Notes under the pieces: model-generated
What the model saw: the letters and a program-made list of their open reading frames with translations, nothing else
Database searches by the model: none
What the model was told of the DNA's origin: nothing
Origin: an uncultured Candidatus Saccharibacteria bacterium
GTDB lineage: Bacteria > Patescibacteriota > Minisyncoccia > Phycocordibacterales > DATDWN01
NCBI GenBank assembly: GCA_964616425.1
Contig: CAZTQY010000001.1
Location: forward strand, 23,008 to 87,007
Reading direction: 5' to 3'
DNA: 64,000 nucleotides
Program-made: the position numbers and the translations under genes
Shown: positions 31,234 through 39,158 of the stretch, one piece after another
How the letters are laid out: every line of letters begins with the position of its first letter
How positions within the stretch are numbered: the stretch's first letter is position 1

Positions 31234-31396
31234 AAACGCAAATCAAAACCATTTACTAAACGTAGTTTACACCTATAGTGCAAGCCGTCAAGCTTAATGA
31301 ATAATTCATTAAGCTCATAAAGTCTTCATGAATGCATGCAATAACAGTAATCCAAGTAAACTTTCTTTGATTTACGAGATACTATTTGAAATTTTC

Positions 31397-32911
31397 TTAC
31401 ACGAAACCTGGGAAAAAGTCGGTCTTAATATTTGAACTACTTACTCCCATTTTAGATAAAGTTGCCTCAAATGCTGTGATCATGCCGTGCGGACCAGATA
31501 TATAAAACATTCTTTCGGTAAAATCGGGAACATTTTCTCGTATCATTTTTTCATCCACAAACCCAACTGGCATATTTTGCGTAACTGGTGCACCAGCCAA
31601 ATCATTTACAGCATATAACGTTTTAAGTCCCAACCTACTAGCATCATCGAAAATATCTTTGTAAACAATATCTGCTGGTGTTTTGTTTGAATAAAATAAT
31701 ACAGCGTCTCTGTTTTCGTTGTTATCAATCATATTTTTTACCATACTTCTAAATGGAGTTACTCCTATCCCGCCTGCAATAAAAACTAGTTTTTTATTTT
31801 TATCCAAAGGAAGAGTAAATTCACCAGATAACTGAGAAGCTATTATCTTGTCACCAGCGTTTAATGAACCTAGTTTTTTCTTGAAAGAACTCGAATTATC
31901 GTAAAACTTAACTCCGAGCCTCAAATCCTCCTCTGTTGGAGATGATGCAATAGTAAAATACCGTCTATTCCCTCTTTGATCTGGATTTTTATGACCCAAA
32001 GTCCACTCTAGATACTGCCCAGACTTAAATTGAAGTTTTTTATCAGTTTTCCAGACAAACTCATAAACATCTTTTGATAGTTGATTCATTTCTAACAGGG
32101 TTAAAACTAAACGAGCTCTAGGAGAAACTATATATGAAAAGATATTTCCAATAACCAGAGCCAACCCTGGAGTTGAGTACAAAATACCAAACTCGAACTG
32201 TGCACCGAACATAAAGCCGGTAATCAGTGCATAAATCATTTGTAACTTTTTTGTAGGAGGAGTTGTCAGTGGTTCAGTTAGCATTATTGAACCAAAAAAC
32301 AGAATAGGTCCTGATATAAATGTTATCTTCAATATTTCATATATATTTGAAATAGAAGAAAAATTAAATAAAGAGATACTAACTAAACTCGCTATCACAA
32401 AAACGAAAAACATTTGAAACCTCTTTAGCTTTCTTAAAATAAGAAATCCCAACACAATAACTGGAAACATCATAGTTAAAGTTGCAACCCACCATGATGC
32501 AACACCACTTCCAAACAATCCTATAAGGAAAATAGAAATCGCCACTGGATTAAATATATGCTTTTTATCTATGGTCAGTAGATACTTTGAAACCATTGCG
32601 ATAAAACCTACCAATGAAACCGTCAAAAAGTCATTTACTGTAACTGCTGGAAATAAAACAAAAAAAAGTATGTAACTAGTTATCCAAACAGACTCAACAT
32701 TTGTCTGAACTTTAAATAAAGTTGAGAACAACTGATTTGTTACAAAACATGTTACCAACAAAATTATCAATGTAACGATCAAAGACAGCCCGCTATAAGA
32801 TAGTATTCCCAAAAAACCCAGAGCTATAGCTATCAATGACAAAATAGTTAGTCCGTACAAAACAAGTTTGTACATTGTTATTCCATTTAAAAAATTATCT
32901 ATATATTTCAT
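31397..32911 (-). CDS. NqrB/RnfD-like membrane domain fused to an FNR-type FAD/NAD oxidoreductase
   Basis: KHIFNP, multi-TM, MLTEPLTTP; RYFTIASSP, FIAGGIGVTPF, FYISGP. Confidence 0.85.
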   Translation of the reverse strand: MKYIDNFLNGITMYKLVLYGLTILSLIAIALGFLGILSYSGLSLIVTLIILLVTCFVTNQLFSTLFKVQTNVESVWITSYILFFVLFPAVTVNDFLTVSLVGFIAMVSKYLLTIDKKHIFNPVAISIFLIGLFGSGVASWWVATLTMMFPVIVLGFLILRKLKRFQMFFVFVIASLVSISLFNFSSISNIYEILKITFISGPILFFGSIMLTEPLTTPPTKKLQMIYALITGFMFGAQFEFGILYSTPGLALVIGNIFSYIVSPRARLVLTLLEMNQLSKDVYEFVWKTDKKLQFKSGQYLEWTLGHKNPDQRGNRRYFTIASSPTEEDLRLGVKFYDNSSSFKKKLGSLNAGDKIIASQLSGEFTLPLDKNKKLVFIAGGIGVTPFRSMVKNMIDNNENRDAVLFYSNKTPADIVYKDIFDDASRLGLKTLYAVNDLAGAPVTQNMPVGFVDEKMIRENVPDFTERMFYISGPHGMITAFEATLSKMGVSSSNIKTDFFPGFV

Positions 32912-32949
32912 ACTGTAATAATATCACGATACTAAAATTATTTGATACG

Positions 32950-32973
32950 AAAAAACCGTCCTCAATGGACGGT
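32950..32973 (-). terminator. Intrinsic terminator closing the guide-array/effector transcript
   Basis: Minus strand accgtcc-attga-ggacggt followed by a T run. Confidence 0.8.
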
Positions 32974-32975
32974 CA

Positions 32976-33187
32976 CCCGAGTGAGACAAGTCATCAGAAG
33001 TTCTTTCGAACAAAGGCTCCTTAGTCTCACTCGGGCATCACAGAACAACTGTCCCTAAGCTAGGAGCAAGTCCCTTTTAGTTCCGTGAATTTCAAAGAAC
33101 GGTTCCCTCCTCTCGCCGAAACGAGAGGAGGGGTTTCGCAGACAGATGTCAGTAAGCTCTTTCAAGCACAACGGCTACAGTCTGCAA
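32976..33187 (-). ncRNA. Stem-loop TIGR-like guide array, downstream part (3 units)
   Basis: Units 32976-33035, 33038-33088 and 33136-33187, each stem-CUN-N9-UG-hairpin-CUN-N9-UG-stem on the minus strand. Confidence 0.85.
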
Positions 33188-33191
33188 ATTT

Positions 33192-34481
33192 TTAGGCTGC
33201 GGATTCCTTGCTCTCCACACCCTGCGAAGCGCGTTCGAGCTCCCACCACTTCTTCCAGAGCATTTCCACGAACTTGGTGGTCGCCTTCTTCATGGCCATC
33301 TTGTGGATGTGACCATCGGTGTAGCGTCTGGTGTGTTTCTCGAAGTCTTTCACACCTTCCTGTCCTCGCCGACAGTCTTGCCACGGCGTACCACAGACAG
33401 AGCATTCGGGAACGGGGTGCTTCTCGCGAAGCATCTTCTTGTACTCGCGGTACTTCTCCCCCCATTCCGAGTCAGGACGTTTGACGAACTGATCGGACAA
33501 GAGGTAGAGGGCCTGACGCCCACTCGGATGCCAGTTGGCCACCTCACCAACACGACGACGCGGAAAGCGACCGTCCGCATCAACATGTGCACCGAGGAAT
33601 CGTTTGAGCTTTGGAGCCGTCTTGAACCGGCGAATATCGCCGACTGCAACGATGACCCCTGCCGCGATGACCTCGCCGACACCCTTGATGGACTTGAAGA
33701 CACCGTTCCAGACAGAGAGCCGATGAACGATCACCTTGAGCTCCTTGTCCCGTCCGACTTCTTCCTTGATGAGCGCTTGGAGAATCATATCGTTTGCCTT
33801 TTTGGCATCCGCTTCATCCTCGATGAGCCCTTCAGGATAGTGACCTTCCTCAGAAAGGAAGGTCTGTCCGTTGACACGACTCGTGAGCCGCTGATCGCAG
33901 CCAATACGAGCCTGCTGTGCCTCACGGCGAGCGTAGAAGGCCTCCTTGACCAGGATCAGATCCCGATCGCGCGGACCAACCTCGTAGAAGAGTTCCGGAA
34001 AATTCCGGAAAATCTCGACGAGCGTGTCAGTGTCTTCGTCCTTGGACCGTTCACCACGACGCTGGTTCAGTTCGAACGCGGGCAGGCGATGAACACTTGC
34101 CCCGACGAACTCTCCACGCTTGGAAAGTGCAAAGGCAAACCGGTCTCCCGATCCACCGAGAGCCATGACGACCTTGTCGCCCGAAGCGAGTCCATCGTAC
34201 TTGACTGGCACCTTGGAAACAACTTCCTTCTTGCCTCCATCACCATCGTCCACCTTGGTGTACTTCAGGTGATGCCGGCGGAACAGAGTGAGATCCTCCC
34301 CTTCTTCGTATGCCCGGTACAAGACCGGAAACCTTCCGAGAAGGAAGTCGAGCTCGTCTGTCTCCGTTTCGAGATCGTACGAGTCTTTCGTACTATCGTC
34401 GTTGTGAATCGTGACTTGTGTCGGTCGTGCTTCCCCGCTACGGGTCTGCTTGACCCTGTGACGAACTGCGATGATTCTCAC
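33192..34481 (-). CDS. tasR: TasR-like effector (RuvC-like fold, coiled coil, Nop/IS110-like RNA-binding domain); RuvC site appears degenerate
   Basis: IKGVGEVIAAGVIVAVGDIRRF...LKRFLG HhH region as in IS110/Nop proteins, no following SG catalytic motif, C-terminal GHIHKMA..K..KF..LW; flanked by dual-spacer array; AAGGAG SD favours GTG at 34481 over 34487. Confidence 0.8.
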   Translation of the reverse strand: MRIIAVRHRVKQTRSGEARPTQVTIHNDDSTKDSYDLETETDELDFLLGRFPVLYRAYEEGEDLTLFRRHHLKYTKVDDGDGGKKEVVSKVPVKYDGLASGDKVVMALGGSGDRFAFALSKRGEFVGASVHRLPAFELNQRRGERSKDEDTDTLVEIFRNFPELFYEVGPRDRDLILVKEAFYARREAQQARIGCDQRLTSRVNGQTFLSEEGHYPEGLIEDEADAKKANDMILQALIKEEVGRDKELKVIVHRLSVWNGVFKSIKGVGEVIAAGVIVAVGDIRRFKTAPKLKRFLGAHVDADGRFPRRRVGEVANWHPSGRQALYLLSDQFVKRPDSEWGEKYREYKKMLREKHPVPECSVCGTPWQDCRRGQEGVKDFEKHTRRYTDGHIHKMAMKKATTKFVEMLWKKWWELERASQGVESKESAA

Positions 34482-34533
34482 ACGCACTCCTTTTTCGCCG
34501 AAGCGAAATAGTCCTTGCGGACAGTTTTCAAAT

Positions 34534-35736
34534 GAGGGGCAAATTCTCGGTAGTTATAAGCAAATTTCGCCTTTAACACGACGTACGTAGCCCCTCTTTC
34601 ATTTAACAAGAATTGCAAAATGAAAGAGAGGGGTGAGACAGCTTTCAGATAGTTCTTACGAACACTCGACGAGAAGTCTCACCCTGTACTGGACATGCTG
34701 CCTCAAGTTCCGAAGAACAAGCGGATAAGAGTCCAGAACATTTGTGTCACTGTGTGGAACTGCACGTGCTACCATAAGTTCTCTCGAACACGCTAGTTTA
34801 GTGCAGTCCCACCTTGTGACCTGGTAAACAGTCAATATAAAGTCCTGGAGGAAAACACTGGGCAGTTTACCGAACTCAAAGAACGAGTTGAATGAAACAC
34901 GACTTGCAAAGTCCATGGGACTAGGAAATTTAAGTTTCATTCAACTTTGCCAGGCAGCATACCAGTAGTTCATTCGAACACTGAGGGAGTAGCCCAGCAA
35001 ACAGAAACCACTTATAGCAGAGTTGCACACGGTCTACCTTAGTCTTTCAACACATGGCAAATAGTGCAACTCTGCTTTTGTGGTTTAGAGGACAAAGGTC
35101 TCTTAGTTCTTTCGAACATGGTGATCCTAGTCCTCTAAAAGCGAGAGTGAGACACGACAACCTTAGCTGTTTTTAGCATCGTTGCGTTAGTCTCACTCAC
35201 TGGCTGACAGCTGTACCCTAGTTCTTTTGAACAACCGGTAACTAGCCAGCCAATACGAAAGGGGCACCAGTTCAGTAGCTCTAAGTTAATGTTTCAACTT
35301 TGAACATGCACCATGTAGCCCCTCTTTCATTCGACACCAAATCAAATAATAGCTGCAAAATGAAAGAGAGGGGTGAGACATTCGTTCGATAGTTCTTTCG
35401 AACAAGCGAAACATAGTCTCACCCTGTACTGGACATTTCAGCTTAAGTCTTTTTGGACAAAAACTCTATAGTCCAGAACATTGAAGAACGAGAATTGGGA
35501 GGGCATACAACAACAAGCCCAGAGGGCACAGCATCAAAAGCCCTCCCAACCCATTGCTGGACACCCATGTCTTAGTTCTTTCGAACAGTTCGAAGGTAGT
35601 CCAGCAAATTTAATGCCTTTACGGAGAGCTCACATTTCTACTAGTCATTGCCGGCATAGACACTGTAAGCTCCCCGCTTCGGCCTTTCAGGACACCTCAA
35701 GAATAGTCTTTCGACCAGTGGATCAAAGTCCTGAAA
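34534..35736 (-). ncRNA. Stem-loop TIGR-like guide array, upstream part (18 units)
   Basis: 18 hairpin units of ~50-80 nt; each has two variable ~9-nt spacers bracketed by CUA/CUU and UG, usually with an internal GUUC-GAAA-GAAC hairpin; G-U pairs and GNRA loops fit the minus strand. Confidence 0.9.
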
Positions 35737-35752
35737 TTTGAAATCTTGCGAA

Positions 35753-35781
35753 ACTCTAATATTAAAAGTGATTTTTGTCAA
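35753..35781 (-). promoter_or_regulatory. Sigma70-type promoter driving the array
   Basis: TTGACA (35781-35776), 17-bp spacer, TAGAGT (35758-35753), 16 bp before the first unit. Confidence 0.7.
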
Positions 35782-35784
35782 TAC

Positions 35785-36657
35785 CTACAGGAGAAATAGG
35801 TCCACATCGAAACCACTAGACTTTTCAATAGAAAAGTCAGCTTTGAGAACCAAATATTCAAATTTAAAACGTTTTTGTAAAATTTCTGGTCCAACAAAAA
35901 AAAATCCTGTGTTTAAAATATCTGCGAGCATTGTTGTCTCTGCCAAAGTCCAAATAGCTAAAATATCCTTTGGAGAAGATAGTGTATCTGGGTTGATAAC
36001 ATGATGAAAATCTCTCCATTTTCTACGATTTCCAGCTGAACCACACAAACTTTGATCCAAAATATCTATAGTTCCTATTGCCATTGTGTTGTCACCGGGA
36101 TGCTCCAGACCCACCTTTAAACTTTCTCTATTTACACTTCTCTGTCGCATATCTCCTCCAGCATCTACACAATATGATCCTATACCATATTTTTCTATTA
36201 TCTCTGAAACAATATCTACCAAATAACCCTTGCCGGCTGCACCAAAATCTAGAATGGTTGGCTCCAATAATGTTAGTTTGGGATTTTCCCACTTTATAAC
36301 TTCATCCCAAGTCTTTGGCCTAACTAGCTCTTTTGGCACCAGAGAATAGTTTGCGTCATAACCAGCATCAACTAAAACCTGACCAATAAGTGGTGTAACC
36401 AAACCAGATGTCACATCGTACATTTTTTTATATAAAGAGAACATCAGATCACTGTCTTCAGGTAGTTCAAACTCGCCAGACTCTTTTGACATCTTTGTAA
36501 CCAATGAGTCCTTGCGAAACCGTGAATAGATTAAATCAAACTCAGATATTCTATCGTGAATCTTTTGCAACAAAACAACCTCTGCTTCTTTAGAGAGGTC
36601 ATCTTGTATGTCTATTGCCCAATGTGTCCCAATGGCTTCGAACTCTTACTTAACCAT
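35785..36657 (-). pseudogene. apbE: FAD:protein FMN transferase ApbE with in-frame TAA at codon 4 (or a sequence error)
   Basis: ATG GTT AAG TAA GAG TTC GAA GCC ATT GGG ACA is in frame with the 262-aa ORF; LDFGAAGKGY, DAGGD and HHVINP motifs. Confidence 0.75.
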
Positions 36658-36666
36658 ATATTTTTA

Positions 36667-36790
36667 ATAACTTTTAAATTTGGATGAAGTCCGAGGCAGA
36701 CGAAGAAAATAATTGGAGCTGTACTTATAAGTACTGTAACAATTATTTTACTGAAGTCCAACAAAGGGGTTCGCCAAATTTAAAAGTTAT
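36667..36790. repeat. Palindromic dispersed repeat, family B copy 1
   Basis: 17-bp inverted ends ataacttttaaatttgg / ccaaatttaaaagttat; interior homologous to 61976-62092. Confidence 0.7.
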
Positions 36791-37287
36791 GCCTTTGCTT
36801 GTGCTTCAATTTTGGTTAGAGCGTCCATAAATCCTTTTGGAGTTAGAGAAGACCCAGAAACTTTAATAATATTTATATCTTCAATTTTTTTACCAACAAC
36901 TACACTCTGATAACCAGAAATAAATTTATTTTGATACTGTTTAGATTCCCCTCTTGTGGCATTTGCGACTACGTTAGCAGAAGTAACTACATCATCTTTC
37001 AAAGTCACAGTAACAGCGACACTCTCTGACCCTCCTGGAGACATATAGTTTCCAACGGCAGAATACGAACCATCTTTATATATATTGGTATTTAAATCAA
37101 CGACTAAATTATTAGAATCTACTGAAACGTTAGTAGTATCGTTAGTTACTGTATTTACATTAGATGTGCCAACAACAGTCTCATTTGTACTCTTTATATA
37201 CTTGTAACTACCAAACGCAGATAAAGCAACAATAACTACCGCAATCGCCCACAACATTGGGCCCTTTCCATTATTCTGTTCGTCCAT
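36787..37287 (-). CDS. Membrane-anchored FMN-binding (flavinylated) domain protein
   Basis: YKDGSY start of domain and VSGSSLT flavinylation-like motif; adjacent to apbE. Confidence 0.82.
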   Translation of the reverse strand: MDEQNNGKGPMLWAIAVVIVALSAFGSYKYIKSTNETVVGTSNVNTVTNDTTNVSVDSNNLVVDLNTNIYKDGSYSAVGNYMSPGGSESVAVTVTLKDDVVTSANVVANATRGESKQYQNKFISGYQSVVVGKKIEDINIIKVSGSSLTPKGFMDALTKIEAQAKA

Positions 37288-37340
37288 TATTTTATTTTCT
37301 TAAAAGTAATTTTAGTATTATATATTAATTTAAATCATCA

Positions 37341-37709
37341 TCAAACTTTCTTTCTCCACCCTTTAGCATGATGCTTATTGTTTGCATTTTTATCTACATT
37401 ATTTAATACGATTCCATGTTCTTGCAATATCTGTTTCATAGTTTTTCCAGATTTTAGTTCTTGCTTGACCTGTTCTTTATCAAGGCCTAGACCACTTGCA
37501 ATAACCCCCGCCCTACCAACTGAATTCCACTTATGCGTAAAGTGCATTCCATTGGCTGAAGCATTTTGTGTATATGCCGGTATAGATAAATCTGAAGTTT
37601 CAGCAAATGCAGTATTCCCAGAACCCATAAGTATCATACCTGCAACAATTCCCGAACTCGCTCCTGCTATAATCGCTTTTTTAACTCTTTTGTATCTTTT
37701 ATCTTTCAT
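37341..37709 (-). CDS. Hypothetical secreted protein
   Basis: Signal-like N-terminus, ELKSGKTMKQILQEHG helical motif. Confidence 0.6.
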   Translation of the reverse strand: MKDKRYKRVKKAIIAGASSGIVAGMILMGSGNTAFAETSDLSIPAYTQNASANGMHFTHKWNSVGRAGVIASGLGLDKEQVKQELKSGKTMKQILQEHGIVLNNVDKNANNKHHAKGWRKKV

Positions 37710-37790
37710 ATTTTTAATTATTGTTATATCAGTTGATACAAAGAAGATTTTATTTTATTTCAAAAAAATACAAACGCGACAACTACACTG

Positions 37791-38522
37791 TTATTCTGTC
37801 AACTTACTTACTCCGTACGCTTTTATTCCTTCTTTTACCCTATCTCCAGCTATAAAAACACGATCTCCTGGTCGCAATACCAAAGTAAAGACATCTGAAT
37901 TGTTTGGCATAAATACTTCGACAGTAACGTCATCAGAATCAGCATCAAAATCATTGTGTTTCATATAGAAAGTACTCGTACTCTCTATAGATACAACTTC
38001 GCCACGGAAAATACCTTGATTTCCATGTGACATTCTCAGGCCAGAGTAAAACCCACCAGCCAAAGGTAGATTTTTACTTTCCGCTCTGTTCATTAGTAAC
38101 CTGTGAAATGAAGTGTAATTTATAAGAGTCGCTAGGGCTGTAATAGAAACCATAGTCACTATAAGCAAAAACAATATAGAACTGTTATAACCAAACCTAA
38201 AACTCTTTAGTAACCAATCAATAAATGCAATAAGACAAATATCGATAAGCAAAATAAGCCAAGGCAAGGCCAAAAAGAAATGATACATACCTCTGGGGCC
38301 AAATGCCAAAAGACTGAACTGCCCTCCAACTTTTATACTGTACAAAACATAACTAACTATTACAGAGGACAAAATAAAAGTAATGAAAATAGTCAGAGCA
38401 AGAGCAACTAGCTTAAGCATAAAATAATATTTTGGGCGCATGTTTACTTCCCCAGATCTTATTTTTGAAAGTATCTGGTCTTTGATGTCTATGCTATTTT
38501 TTTGTATATTTTCTTGATTCAT
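37791..38522 (-). CDS. Putative anti-sigma membrane protein
   Basis: Overlaps the ECF sigma stop, three TM helices; function inferred from position. Confidence 0.55.
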   Translation of the reverse strand: MNQENIQKNSIDIKDQILSKIRSGEVNMRPKYYFMLKLVALALTIFITFILSSVIVSYVLYSIKVGGQFSLLAFGPRGMYHFFLALPWLILLIDICLIAFIDWLLKSFRFGYNSSILFLLIVTMVSITALATLINYTSFHRLLMNRAESKNLPLAGGFYSGLRMSHGNQGIFRGEVVSIESTSTFYMKHNDFDADSDDVTVEVFMPNNSDVFTLVLRPGDRVFIAGDRVKEGIKAYGVSKLTE

Positions 38523-39115
38523 ATTTTTGGTATCTCTATGTTTGATTTCTCTATGGCTTCTTTCAAAATGTCCTTTGCTCTCATTATTCTTACTCCCACC
38601 GTACCTATAGGTATGTGGAGTATCTCAGCTATCTCTTTGTAACTTAACTCTTCGATATAAAACAGCACGAGTATTTCTCGATACTTTGGTTCAATCAGTG
38701 AAAGTCCTTTGTCTATAATCTCCTTCATCTCTTTTTGCTCTTTTTCCCGAACAACTGGATCATCTACAACTGTGTATGAAAGAAGTGTGTCAAAATCAAA
38801 CAGATACTTTGGCCCAATAGAACTTTTCTTTATAGCATTTATATAGGTGTTGTGGGCAATACGATAAATCCACGGAGAAAATCTCTGTGTAGTATCAAAG
38901 CTATTTATATTCTTGAATGTTTTAATAAAAACATCTTGAACAGAGTCCTCTATGTTATCGCTATCAGAAAGAAACTTTCTTCCATAGCGAAAAATCTTTG
39001 CTTGATATCGCTCCATAAGTACACCGAATTTATCTATATCTCCGTCTTGAACTAACCTTGCCAGTTGTTCATCAGAGAGAGCCGTTATATCAGTATCCAT
39101 TTGTATACTATACAC
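38519..39115 (-). CDS. ECF-type RNA polymerase sigma factor
   Basis: EDSVQDVFIK, FSPWIYRIAHN, LSYKEIAEILHIPIGTV. Confidence 0.92.
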   Translation of the reverse strand: MYSIQMDTDITALSDEQLARLVQDGDIDKFGVLMERYQAKIFRYGRKFLSDSDNIEDSVQDVFIKTFKNINSFDTTQRFSPWIYRIAHNTYINAIKKSSIGPKYLFDFDTLLSYTVVDDPVVREKEQKEMKEIIDKGLSLIEPKYREILVLFYIEELSYKEIAEILHIPIGTVGVRIMRAKDILKEAIEKSNIEIPKI

Positions 39116-39158
39116 CTAATACAGCCAAAAGTGAGAAAAAATTACATTAAAAGGTTCT

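Noticed and set aside
33192-34487. Calling the gene a plain IS110 transposase
   Set aside because: It lacks the catalytic serine motif and two DEDD acids, and is flanked by 21 dual-spacer units rather than a single bridge RNA
33303-34511. 402-aa plus-strand ORF (and the 112, 96, 117 and 63 aa ORFs here)
   Set aside because: Antisense or alternate-frame shadows of the GC-rich effector gene with no recognisable motifs
34534-35736. CRISPR array
   Set aside because: No constant direct repeat with 25-45 nt spacers and no cas genes; variable parts are paired 9-mers inside hairpins
34656-35741. ORFs 34656..34940 and 35481..35741
   Set aside because: They run across guide units; the sequence is explained by RNA structure
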